Shown piece after piece: positions 48,554-57,535 of a stretch of 58,397 bases of DNA (the stretch's first letter is position 1; the number at the start of each line of letters is the position of its first letter). The stretch is from an uncultured Ruminococcus sp. (GTDB taxonomy: Bacteria; Bacillota; Clostridia; Oscillospirales; Acutalibacteraceae). A model generated the notes under the pieces. It was given only the letters and a program-made list of their open reading frames with translations. It was not told the origin of the DNA and ran no database searches. The position numbers were made by a program, and so were the translations under genes. The stretch spans positions 1 through 58,397 of the forward strand of contig CADBTV010000065.1 in assembly GCA_902797655.1 (NCBI GenBank), read 5' to 3'.

Positions 48554-50622
48554 TTTACAGCCTTTTCATATCCGCAATCTTTGTTCGCGCAGAAAAGAAC
48601 CTGCTTCTTGCCCTTCTTCTTAAAGAGAATTTCTCCGCAATTCGGGCAACGCTCATCAACAGGCTCGTTCCACGAAACGAAGTCGCAATTAGGATAATTG
48701 CTGCAGCCGTAGAACACAGTCTTTCTCTTTGTTGTTTTTATAATCACATCGCCGTCGTCACACTTAGGACATTTGACGCCGATTTTCTGAACGTATTTTT
48801 TGACGTTTTTACATTCAGGGTATCCGGGACAGGCGATAAACTTACCAAACCTGCCGACCTTGATAACCATATTTCTGCCGCAATTCTCGCAGATAATATC
48901 GGTTTTATCCTCTTCAAGCTGGATTTTCACTCCGTCCATTTCGGTTTTAGCCTTGGCGAGAGTTTTGTCAAAATCCTTATAGAAGTTATCAATAAGAGCC
49001 TTCCACTCAACATCTCCGCTCTCGACAGTATCGAGTTCCTGCTCCATCTGAGCGGTAAACTTCAGGTTTACAATCTTCGGGAAACGCTCCTTCATCAGCT
49101 TGACCATAGCTTCTCCAAGCTCTGTCGGAACGAGAGTCTTGCTTTCGCGCTTAACGTACTCTCTGCTTGTGATGGTTGTGATTGTAGCAGCGTAGGTTGA
49201 CGGTCTGCCGATTCCGTGTTCCTCGAGCGCTTTGATAAGTGAAGCCTCGGTGTATCTCGGCGGAGCCTGAGTAAAGTGCTGATTTGGAATAATCTCGCGC
49301 TTTTTGACCGGCATATCCTTGCTAAGCTCCGGAAGCTGAGAAGCTTTTTCCTCAACCTCGTCCTTTCCTTCAACATAAAGCGAAGTAAAGCCGTCAAAGG
49401 ATACAGTATATCCCGAAGCCTTGAAAACGTATCCGTTGCCCTCAATGTCGGCGCGCGTTGTCTTTTGGACGCAGTCAGCCATTTGAGAAGCTACAAATCT
49501 TTTCCAAATAAGGTTATAGAGCTTATACTGGTCGCTCGAAAGGTTATGTTTTATTTTATCGGGTTCAAGCGACGGCATAGACGGACGGATAGCTTCGTGA
49601 CCGTCCTGAGCGTTCGAACGTGATTTAAAGTAACGAGGCTTTGAAGGGAGATATTTCTCTCCGAATTTACCCTCGATATATTCAGTAACCTCTGAGATAG
49701 CCTGGTTGGAAATTCTCAAAGAGTCGGTTCTCATATATGTGATAAGACCTGTTGCGCCGAGATCGTCAATCTCTACACCTTCGTAAAGCTCCTGCGCGAC
49801 GCGCATTGTTCTTCTTGACTGGAAGCCGAGCTTACGAGAAGCCTCCTGCTGGAGAGTCGAGGTGATAAACGGAGGAGCCGGTGATTTCTTTCTCGTGCCG
49901 TTCTTAACGCTTGTCACGATAAACTCTGCGCCCTCTAACTCGGCGAGGATTTTATCCGCTTCTTCCTTGCAGGAAATTTTCTCTTTTCCTAAATACAAGG
50001 AAGCCTTAAAAGATTTCCTTGAGCCCTTTGGAATAAACTTTGCGTCGATTGACCAATATTCCTCCGGCTTAAACGCGCGGATTTCCTCTTCTCTGTCAAC
50101 AATGATTCTTACAGCCACAGACTGAACTCTGCCTGCGGACATACCTCTGCGGATTTTCTGAGAAACAAACGGACTGAGCTTATAACCGACAAGCCGGTCA
50201 AGCACACGTCTTGCCTGCTGAGCGTTTACAAGATTCAGGTTAATGCTTCTCGGAGAGTTCATTCCGTTATTGACGCCTGTTTTTGTAATTTCATTAAACT
50301 CGACGCGGTTATTATCGTTTAAATCAAGGTCAAGAATGTACGCCAAATGCCATGAAATAGCTTCGCCCTCGCGATCCGGGTCGGTCGCAAGGAAGATTTT
50401 CTCGGCATTGGCTGCTTGCTGCTTGATTTCCTTCACAAGCGCTTCTTTACCCTTGATTATCGAATACTTTGGTTCGTAGTTATTCTTTATATCAACGCTG
50501 AGTCGAGCGTTGGGAAGGTCACGCACGTGACCCATTGACGCGATTACGTCGTAATCTTTTCCAAGATACTTTTTGATTGTTTTTGCCTTTGCCGGAGACT
50601 CAACAATAACAAGATTAGACAT
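48550..50622 (-). CDS. topA: DNA topoisomerase I
   Basis: IVESPAK, DPDREGE, SAGRVQS, ITYMRTDS (Tyr), GIGRPSTY, C-terminal zinc ribbons; GGAGG SD before ATG 50622. Confidence 0.98.
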   Translation of the reverse strand: MSNLVIVESPAKAKTIKKYLGKDYDVIASMGHVRDLPNARLSVDIKNNYEPKYSIIKGKEALVKEIKQQAANAEKIFLATDPDREGEAISWHLAYILDLDLNDNNRVEFNEITKTGVNNGMNSPRSINLNLVNAQQARRVLDRLVGYKLSPFVSQKIRRGMSAGRVQSVAVRIIVDREEEIRAFKPEEYWSIDAKFIPKGSRKSFKASLYLGKEKISCKEEADKILAELEGAEFIVTSVKNGTRKKSPAPPFITSTLQQEASRKLGFQSRRTMRVAQELYEGVEIDDLGATGLITYMRTDSLRISNQAISEVTEYIEGKFGEKYLPSKPRYFKSRSNAQDGHEAIRPSMPSLEPDKIKHNLSSDQYKLYNLIWKRFVASQMADCVQKTTRADIEGNGYVFKASGYTVSFDGFTSLYVEGKDEVEEKASQLPELSKDMPVKKREIIPNQHFTQAPPRYTEASLIKALEEHGIGRPSTYAATITTITSREYVKRESKTLVPTELGEAMVKLMKERFPKIVNLKFTAQMEQELDTVESGDVEWKALIDNFYKDFDKTLAKAKTEMDGVKIQLEEDKTDIICENCGRNMVIKVGRFGKFIACPGYPECKNVKKYVQKIGVKCPKCDDGDVIIKTTKRKTVFYGCSNYPNCDFVSWNEPVDERCPNCGEILFKKKGKKQVLFCANKDCGYEKAVK

Positions 50623-50637
50623 ATGTCCCTCCAAAAT

Positions 50638-51834
50638 CTATTTTAATCTATAGCTTCTGCCCTGCACACATTCAATCAGACCCTTGAGTTCAAGTGTGGT
50701 TGTGATTGACATAATTTTAAAAACTGGCAGATCTGTGCTTTCCGCGATAGCTTCAAGCTGAACCGGCTCGCTTTCGATAGCGTAATAAACCTTCTGCTCG
50801 TCCTCGTTGAGTTTTACGTCGGTTTTATGCACCGGAACAATTGTAAGGTCATTGGTACGCAAGCCGTTAATATCCTTGGGCGGTTTACCCTTTACGGGAA
50901 TCAGGTCGATTACATCGTCCTTTGGCTGAGCCGCAATATCAAGTTCGCCAGTAACATAAAGATTATCAAAAGCTCCGATAATATCGGTATAATCAGTTAC
51001 AAGCTGAGCTACTTTCTCCTTAATTAACTCGTTGGTACCGTAAAAATGCGGATCGGCAGGTCCTGCGAGAGCGAAGATTTTCTTGTTAACATCCTGCTCC
51101 AGCGCGGAGTTCACCGTAATCAAAGAGCCGCTTTTTCTTGCCGCCTCAATTACGAGCAATCCGTTTGACAAAGCCGAGATAATCCTGTTCCTCTGCGGAA
51201 AGTTGTACGCGTTTGCCGGAGTATCGGGCGGATATTCCGAAACTACAGCGCCTTTAAAGGTAATGTCGCTGCGCATTTTGGCGTTTTCACGCAGATAATC
51301 AACGTTTATTCCGCAGCCGAGAACGCAGATTGTTACTCCGTCGGCAGCAAGCGCTCCTTTGTGAGAAGAACAGTCAACTCCCAAAGCTCCGCCGCTGACC
51401 ACAGTTACGCCGGATTTCGCGAGATTGTACCCAAATTCATACGATGAGCGTATACCGTAGACAGAAGCTTTCCTTGTGCCGACAATGCCTATAGAGAGCC
51501 TGTCGTCAATATCAGGCAACATTCCCGAAACATAAAGCACAGCCGGCGGATCATCAATATCACGCAGACATACCGGATACTCGGGGCTGTCGAGCGTAAT
51601 CATCTGGTAGCAATACTTATTGCATTTGGCGATGATCTCATCCGCGCAGTCAAGTCCGGTGGAGCTAAGCTTTTCGATTTCGTTATTTGAAAACAATCCG
51701 GAGAATCTCCACTCCTGCTCTCCGCCTGAGTAGAAATCCTCGATACTATTATATAATGTATAGATTTGCTTTGCCTTTACCGTACAATAACCAATTGCCT
51801 GCGAAAACCAAAGCCAATACCTGAGAGTTTTCAT
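50638..51834 (-). CDS. dprA: DNA-processing protein DprA
   Basis: YP..L..I.DPP, IVGTR, VSGGALGVD, FPQRNRIIS, EA...SGSLIT, C-terminal winged helix (LELKG). Confidence 0.95.
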   Translation of the reverse strand: MKTLRYWLWFSQAIGYCTVKAKQIYTLYNSIEDFYSGGEQEWRFSGLFSNNEIEKLSSTGLDCADEIIAKCNKYCYQMITLDSPEYPVCLRDIDDPPAVLYVSGMLPDIDDRLSIGIVGTRKASVYGIRSSYEFGYNLAKSGVTVVSGGALGVDCSSHKGALAADGVTICVLGCGINVDYLRENAKMRSDITFKGAVVSEYPPDTPANAYNFPQRNRIISALSNGLLVIEAARKSGSLITVNSALEQDVNKKIFALAGPADPHFYGTNELIKEKVAQLVTDYTDIIGAFDNLYVTGELDIAAQPKDDVIDLIPVKGKPPKDINGLRTNDLTIVPVHKTDVKLNEDEQKVYYAIESEPVQLEAIAESTDLPVFKIMSITTTLELKGLIECVQGRSYRLK

Positions 51835-52619
51835 TTAACCATTTCCCACATTAATATACCTGCGGCAACCGACGCATTGAGAGATTCCGCCCTGCCGGGC
51901 ATCGGTATAGTTATATTCTCGTCACAAGCGTCGATTGTAGATTGCTTTAATCCGTTGCCTTCGTTGCCGATACAAACAATGCAGGGAGAATCAAAGACGA
52001 TTTCATTCACCTTTTTCGCGCCTGAATCAACAACAGCGGCATAAGATTTAACGCCATTTTGCTCTGATATAAACTGAGCGACGCTGTTACAAATCAGATA
52101 ATTAAGCCTGAAAACGGCTCCCATACTGCCTCTGACAACCTTTGGCGAGTAAATATCACAGCAGTCGCGAGAGAGTACAACAGCGTTAATCCCAACCGCT
52201 TCGGCAGTCCTTAATATAGTGCCGAGGTTGGACGGATCCTGTATATTATCAAGAGCAAGAAATTTTCCGCCATTCTTAATTGTATCAAATAGCGTGCTTT
52301 TGTCAAGAGTTTTTATAATACAAAGTACGCCCTGGGGAGTTTTTGTATCACTTAACGCGGAAAAAACGCTTTCTGTTACTATATATTTTTTATTGGAAAC
52401 GGAAATAATCTGAGATAATAAATCCCGGTTTTTTTCAAAGGCGCGTTCGGTATAAACAACAGCTTCAATCTCAGCTTCGGAAAGGTACGCGTCAAAGCAA
52501 ACGCGTAACCCTTCGGCAACGAAGGACTTATTCTCTTTCCTGTACTTAGAGCTTTTGAGCAGCTTATTTATATGTTTAACCAGAGCGTTGTCTTTGCTGG
52601 AAATTATATTCATATTCAT
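51831..52619 (-). CDS. TrmH/SpoU family RNA methyltransferase
   Basis: ISSKDN, EG, TPQG, QDPSNLGTILRTA, K..R.SMG, GNEGNG, IPM.G.AESLN.SVA. Confidence 0.92.
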   Translation of the reverse strand: MNMNIISSKDNALVKHINKLLKSSKYRKENKSFVAEGLRVCFDAYLSEAEIEAVVYTERAFEKNRDLLSQIISVSNKKYIVTESVFSALSDTKTPQGVLCIIKTLDKSTLFDTIKNGGKFLALDNIQDPSNLGTILRTAEAVGINAVVLSRDCCDIYSPKVVRGSMGAVFRLNYLICNSVAQFISEQNGVKSYAAVVDSGAKKVNEIVFDSPCIVCIGNEGNGLKQSTIDACDENITIPMPGRAESLNASVAAGILMWEMVK

Positions 52620-52635
52620 ATTCTCAATTTAAAGT

Positions 52636-52661
52636 AAAAGCGTTTGGTATTACCCAAACGC
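52636..52661 (-). terminator. Intrinsic terminator after rplT
   Basis: (-) GCGTTTGG-gtaata-CCAAACGC-TTTTACTTT. Confidence 0.8.
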
Positions 52662-52675
52662 GTTTAACTTTGTTA

Positions 52676-53029
52676 TTATTTAGCAGCCTTAGCCTGCTCT
52701 ACAAGAGCTGTGAAGGCAGCAGGATCAGAAATTGCAATCTCTGAGAGCATCTTTCTGTTAAGTGTGATTTCTGCCTTTTTGAGTCCGTTCATAAATGTAG
52801 AATAATTCACACCGTTTGCCTTGCAAGCAGCTGAAATACGTGTAATCCAAAGACGACGGAAATCTCTCTTTTTGAGCTTACGTCCAACATAAGCGTAGTT
52901 TCCGGACTTCATAACAGCCTGCTTGGCCATCTTGAAGTGTCTTGATTTTGAACCGAAATAACCCTTAGCGAGCTTTAATACCTTTTTTCTTCTTTTGCGA
53001 GTCGCCATCGCGCCTTTTACTCGTGCCAT
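52676..53029 (-). CDS. rplT: 50S ribosomal protein L20
   Basis: [33 protein letters not shown]. Confidence 0.99.
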   Translation of the reverse strand: MARVKGAMATRKRRKKVLKLAKGYFGSKSRHFKMAKQAVMKSGNYAYVGRKLKKRDFRRLWITRISAACKANGVNYSTFMNGLKKAEITLNRKMLSEIAISDPAAFTALVEQAKAAK

Positions 53030-53071
53030 TTATATTTACCTCCATTAATTACAAAATAGTCAGATTCCTAA

Positions 53072-53269
53072 TTATTTATAAGGGATGAGACGCTTAACCT
53101 GAGCTACGTTAGTCTTGTCAGCGATTGTTGTCTGACGGAGACCTCTCTTACGCTTAGTAGTCTTTTTGTTGAGAATGTGAGATTTGTTTGCGTGTGCACG
53201 AACAACCTTACCGTTCTTTGTAAGCTTAAAGCGCTTCTTCGCTCCGCTGTGTGTTTTAATCTTTGGCAT
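53072..53269 (-). CDS. rpmI: 50S ribosomal protein L35
   Basis: [26 protein letters not shown]. Confidence 0.99.
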   Translation of the reverse strand: MPKIKTHSGAKKRFKLTKNGKVVRAHANKSHILNKKTTKRKRGLRQTTIADKTNVAQVKRLIPYK

Positions 53270-53291
53270 AATATTTATCCTCCTTAACTAA

Positions 53292-53813
53292 TTACTTGTT
53301 TGGCTTTGGTGAAAGAAACATAATCATATTTCGGCCTTCGAGCTTTGCGGGCTTATTGATAACCGCATACTCGGAACAAGCCTCTGAGAATCTGTTCATA
53401 ATATCGTAACCGAACTCCGAGTGACCCATTTCACGTCCGCGGAAACGAATCGAAACCTTAACCTTGTCACCCTTCTTGATGAACTTTAACGCGTTGTTGA
53501 GCTTTGTGTTAAAGTCGTGGGTATCAATGTTGAGAGAAAGTCTGACTTCCTTAGTTTCGATAGTCTTTTGATTCTTACGAGCTTCTTTTTCTCTTTTAGC
53601 CTGTTCGAACTTATACTTGCCGTAATCCATAATCTTGCAGACAGGCGGTTTAGCCTGCGGCGCAATTTTTACGAGGTCAAGGTCGTCCTTAGCCGCCAGA
53701 TCAAGCGCTTCATTCGCCGACATAATTCCGAGCTGGTCGCCGTTGGGACCGATAATTCTGAGCTCATTATCACGAATACTCTCGTTAATCTGGACTTCTT
53801 GTTTCTTGCTGAT
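53292..53813 (-). CDS. infC: Translation initiation factor IF-3, probable non-canonical ATC start
   Basis: INE.I, G.QLG, LDLV, PPVCKIMDYGKY, HDF.TK, RFRGRE, EGR.M. GGAGG lies 9 nt before ATC (53811-53813); no suitable ATG is present. Confidence 0.96.
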   Translation of the reverse strand: MSKKQEVQINESIRDNELRIIGPNGDQLGIMSANEALDLAAKDDLDLVKIAPQAKPPVCKIMDYGKYKFEQAKREKEARKNQKTIETKEVRLSLNIDTHDFNTKLNNALKFIKKGDKVKVSIRFRGREMGHSEFGYDIMNRFSEACSEYAVINKPAKLEGRNMIMFLSPKPNK

Positions 53814-53843
53814 AGCAAAGCACCTCCAAAGCGATAATAATGT

Positions 53844-53955
53844 AAAAAATGCGGACAGAAATCCGTCCGCATTATAATACAAATTAAACAAAGTTTAAAA
53901 GTATTGACCCGTGCAGACGGAACCCCACAGGTGAAAGCATACTGCTTTTCTTTAT
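53844..53955 (-). ncRNA. L20 leader (autoregulatory attenuator) with terminator
   Basis: (-) AAGCAGTATGCTTTCACCTGTG...CACGGGTCAA...ATGCGGACGGATTTCTGTCCGCATTTTT upstream of infC-rpmI-rplT; matches the recalled Firmicutes L20 leader layout. Confidence 0.8.
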
Positions 53956-53966
53956 TTTACTCAGTT

Positions 53967-53995
53967 ATTATATACCTAAACGATAGGTTTGTCAA
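53967..53995 (-). promoter_or_regulatory. Sigma-A promoter of the infC operon
   Basis: Perfect TTGACA-N17-TATAAT; the -35 overlaps the TGA stop of the upstream gene. Confidence 0.88.
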
Positions 53996-55779
53996 GCCTT
54001 ATTTTCAATACATTTATAAATAAGGTTAGCGATTCTTTCGGACGACTTACCGTCGAGGTCGTCAAAGAACATATTCCTGAAGCGTTCAATCTTCTCTGTT
54101 TCAAAGTCTTCGTTGAGAATAGCCTGAAGCAGAGTGTAAAGATTTGTACAAATCTTGCCCGGGATATAGAGCTTAAAGTCAAAGTAGAAATCTCTGGACT
54201 TGATATAAGCCTGCAAGTCGTAGGCGTAGAACAGCATCGGCTTGTTGAGAAGCGAAGCCTCAAAGATAAGCGACGAATAGTCACTGATGATAATGTCGGA
54301 CACAAAGAGAAGGTCGTTAATCTCTGTGCTGGCAGAAAGGTCAATTACTCTGTCGGAATACTCTGCCGGAATCGGATGCTCCTCAGTGATAAACGGATGA
54401 TGCTTGATGATTACGGCGTAATCCTCGCCGAGAGTCTCGCATACTTCGTTAATATCAAAGAGCTCCATAGGATACCTTGCGCTTGCTTTAAGGTCGCCTC
54501 TGAAGGTTGGAGCAAAGAGAATAATCTTCTTGCCCTTGAATGTAGGGTACTCCTTAAAGAACTGCATGCGGAAACTAGCCTTGTACTCCTCGTCAAAAAA
54601 GATGTCAGTTCTCGCGATTCCTGTAGGTACGATATTATCGGTACTGATACCAAAGCCCTCGGAATGGCACTTCTTGCAATATTCTGAACTTACTGTTACG
54701 TAATCGTATGAGCGGTGCATACGAGTAGCCTGAGGGGAGCCCTTTGGCTTGCCGAGTCGGGTGAATCCGAAGGTTTTGAACGCTCCGCAAGCGTGCCAGA
54801 GCTGGATGAGCTTGGTCTCGGGTTTAAGATCAATAAGGTGAATCTGCGGAGTGTACTCGTCAAGAATTACAACCTTACTTGTAGCGCAGGCTTCTGTAAA
54901 CTCGTCAATCTCCTTGCGGGTCATATATCTGAATGACTTGGTGTTATAAAGGAATTGTATGTCAAGATTCTTGTCGTCCTTGAGCTTATTGTATACAAAC
55001 TCAAAGTTACCGGAAAGCTCCTCTCTCCTGGCTGAGAAAAATGTGATTTTGTTCGGCTGAACCGCCTTGTGTCTTTTATGCTTGTATTTCTTTCTGATAA
55101 GATTTCTCTTATATCTGTCCATCGTAAAGCTTTCGCGCGAAACAGTTGACATTCGGCTGATAACGTACGAAACGAGCCTTACGAGTTTGTTCTCAGACGA
55201 AATCTTCTTTGGCATTGAAGTGAAGCCCGTAAACGTCAGTAAGCCCTCAAGCACGAAAAGCGGAATGAGAAGAATTGAGAATAATAAAGCGAAAATCTTG
55301 AAGATTGTATTAATAAAACCGACTAACGAACCAAGACGACGGCGGTTAACAATCTTCTCAGGTCTTGATGTGATGTCAATATGATTGCCGTTAGGCGTGA
55401 GAGTAAAGAAGTTTTTATCCTGCTCAAAGAGCTCGGGATTCATATCAACCTCAATCTTTTCTTCGTAAAAATCCGCGAAGCTGAGATTAAGATACATCTG
55501 AAACGGCAAGCCCTTGCCTCTTGTTTTCCAGAAAATGTAATCAAGACGATACGAATACTCGCCGGAGAACATACACTTTCCGTCAATATAAGTAATATCC
55601 CTAAAGCGCAGAACCATCGGAATACGTCTGTCCTCTTCCCCGTTCTCAAAATAGAGAATCACCTTTGGAGTAGAGAGAAACTTAGGGTTGATTGACGGGT
55701 CAATAAATTCACCGTTGAGGTTTATTGTCATTGAGCATTTTTCAACTACAATACTATTAATATTAATCTTATACTGCAA
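53992..55779 (-). CDS. CDP-glycerol/ribitol:poly(alditol-phosphate) phosphotransferase (TagB/TagF/TarL family) with N-terminal extension
   Basis: QLWHACGAFKTFG, G..RTD, ILFAPTFRG, K.HP, DLL..SD..ISDYSS..FEA.LL.KP, R.FY, DG.SSER. Confidence 0.9.
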   Translation of the reverse strand: MQYKININSIVVEKCSMTINLNGEFIDPSINPKFLSTPKVILYFENGEEDRRIPMVLRFRDITYIDGKCMFSGEYSYRLDYIFWKTRGKGLPFQMYLNLSFADFYEEKIEVDMNPELFEQDKNFFTLTPNGNHIDITSRPEKIVNRRRLGSLVGFINTIFKIFALLFSILLIPLFVLEGLLTFTGFTSMPKKISSENKLVRLVSYVISRMSTVSRESFTMDRYKRNLIRKKYKHKRHKAVQPNKITFFSARREELSGNFEFVYNKLKDDKNLDIQFLYNTKSFRYMTRKEIDEFTEACATSKVVILDEYTPQIHLIDLKPETKLIQLWHACGAFKTFGFTRLGKPKGSPQATRMHRSYDYVTVSSEYCKKCHSEGFGISTDNIVPTGIARTDIFFDEEYKASFRMQFFKEYPTFKGKKIILFAPTFRGDLKASARYPMELFDINEVCETLGEDYAVIIKHHPFITEEHPIPAEYSDRVIDLSASTEINDLLFVSDIIISDYSSLIFEASLLNKPMLFYAYDLQAYIKSRDFYFDFKLYIPGKICTNLYTLLQAILNEDFETEKIERFRNMFFDDLDGKSSERIANLIYKCIENKA

Positions 55780-55794
55780 TCCTTATCCCTCACA

Positions 55795-56460
55795 TTATTC
55801 AACTAAGCTGTAGAATCTTTTCACCGCTTCATCAAGCGGATAATCCTTACCGTATACTGACGACGAACCTGCAACAAAAATATCTGCTCCGTTCGAGCGC
55901 ATTTCCGAGCAATGATCCCAGCTAACGTGACCGTCAACCTCAATCAAAACATTCTTGCCGCTTTCGTCAATAAGCTTTCTGAGAGCCCTGAGCCTTTCCA
56001 TACTCTTTGGAGCCATCGGCTGGCCGGCAAAGCCCGGATAAACCGTCATTAGTAAGATAGCGTAAACCTCGTCGAGATATTCCAGCACAGACTCCACAGG
56101 AGTATCCGGACTGATTGCAAGGCAAGCGTCGGCGCCCCTGCCTCTTATATCCCTGAGAACCGCGTGAGCATCTTCGCAGGCTTCAAGATGAACGGAAACC
56201 ATATCTCCCTTTGCAATCTCCATTTTATCGAAAAACTGCTGCGGTTCAAACGCCATTATATGAATATCACGCCTGATACTTTTCATAGGTTTTTTCATAC
56301 ATTTAACCATATTGGTATCAAAGGTGATATTTGGAACAAATTTATTATCCATAAAATCAATGTGCAAATACTCTACTCCCAAGCTGTCGAGCTTTTCAAT
56401 CTCAGAGCTGAGGTTGAGCAAATCGGCGCACATTACGGATGGTGATAATTTTCCTGCCAT
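55795..56460 (-). CDS. Ribulose-phosphate 3-epimerase family protein, AlsE (allulose-6-P epimerase)-like
   Basis: SPSVMCAD, HIDFMD..FVPN, DIHIM, MTV.PGFAGQ, EVDG, FVAGSSS. Confidence 0.85.
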   Translation of the reverse strand: MAGKLSPSVMCADLLNLSSEIEKLDSLGVEYLHIDFMDNKFVPNITFDTNMVKCMKKPMKSIRRDIHIMAFEPQQFFDKMEIAKGDMVSVHLEACEDAHAVLRDIRGRGADACLAISPDTPVESVLEYLDEVYAILLMTVYPGFAGQPMAPKSMERLRALRKLIDESGKNVLIEVDGHVSWDHCSEMRSNGADIFVAGSSSVYGKDYPLDEAVKRFYSLVE

Positions 56461-56470
56461 TTTGTTTTCC

Positions 56471-57523
56471 TTATTCGTTAACAATCATTACCTTGCTGTA
56501 GAACTCAGTGTGATCCTTCATAATCTCCAGACCCTTGTCCATCTCGGCAAGAGAAAATTTCTGAGTAATCAACGGCTCAACCTTAACAGCTCCGGAAGCC
56601 ATAGCGTCAACAACAATTCCCCAGTCGCTCTTTGGAGTGTTGTCATAACGAGAGTTCCATGTACCATAGATGGAGAGCTGCTTTCTGAGTATCTGCCAGT
56701 AAGTATTCTGCGGGAAAGTGAAGTCGCCGTGAGGATTACCTACGAATACAACCTTACCGCCTTTGCATACGCTTTCAAGACAGTTGCCTGCTGTAGCGGC
56801 AACACCAACTGCCTCCATTGCTATATCGGCACCTCTGCCGCCTGTCTGCTCCATAACCCACTTAATCGGGTCGCCCTTGGAAGCGTTGAAATAATCATAG
56901 AAGCCGAGCTTCTCGATAAAATCAAAGTTATTCAAGTCTGTTCCCACGAGGAGAACCTTCTTAGCACCCCAGGCTCTTGCCCATTGAGCAATAAGCATAC
57001 CGATTGTGCCCGGGCCGTAGATGACTACAGTATCGCCTACTTCGAGACCGGCGCGTCTGAGAGCGTGCAGGGCAACTGCGGTAGGCTCTGCCATAGCAGC
57101 CTCCTCAAAGCTTACGTTATCCGCAATCGGAACAAGGTTCCACACAGGAACTCTAACATATTCTGCAAAAGCGCCGTCGGAACGTGAACCGAGGTAATCA
57201 TAGCTGTCGCAGGTTTCAAATACGCCTGTATTACAGCTATTGCACTTTCTACACGGAATAAGCGGAAAAACAGCAGCTCTTGTACCGACAAGGTGCTCGT
57301 TCTCCTTAGACGCCGCGGCTACAACCTTTCCCGAGAACTCATGACCCGGGATTGTCGGGAAATGATAAGTTCCGTTAACAAAGATTCTCGGAATATCTGA
57401 GCCGCAAATTCCGCAAGCCTTTACCTTAAACAGAACCTCATCCGGTTTAAGAGTAGGCATCGGATAATCTTCATATCTTAAATCTCCAACCGCGTGTAAA
57501 ACACGAGCCTTCATTGTATCCAT
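56471..57523 (-). CDS. Zn-dependent alditol-phosphate dehydrogenase (GatD/TarJ-like MDR)
   Basis: GICGSD, GHE, structural Zn CRKCNSC-x7-C, GSR.DG.FAEY, EP, GPGTIG, ILRKQL...G.WNS. Confidence 0.88.
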   Translation of the reverse strand: MDTMKARVLHAVGDLRYEDYPMPTLKPDEVLFKVKACGICGSDIPRIFVNGTYHFPTIPGHEFSGKVVAAASKENEHLVGTRAAVFPLIPCRKCNSCNTGVFETCDSYDYLGSRSDGAFAEYVRVPVWNLVPIADNVSFEEAAMAEPTAVALHALRRAGLEVGDTVVIYGPGTIGMLIAQWARAWGAKKVLLVGTDLNNFDFIEKLGFYDYFNASKGDPIKWVMEQTGGRGADIAMEAVGVAATAGNCLESVCKGGKVVFVGNPHGDFTFPQNTYWQILRKQLSIYGTWNSRYDNTPKSDWGIVVDAMASGAVKVEPLITQKFSLAEMDKGLEIMKDHTEFYSKVMIVNE

Positions 57524-57535
57524 AATCTTCCTCCG

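Noticed and set aside
11758-51834. yraN, dprA, mutSL and ricA-like genes as a competence or defence island
   Set aside because: Each sits in its usual housekeeping context; no comM, pilin or defence genes are present.
53989-54687. 232-aa plus-strand ORF
   Set aside because: Antisense to the TagF-family catalytic domain.
56312-57187. 291-aa plus-strand ORF, the longest on +
   Set aside because: Antisense to the epimerase and dehydrogenase, which carry clear motifs; no motif of its own.
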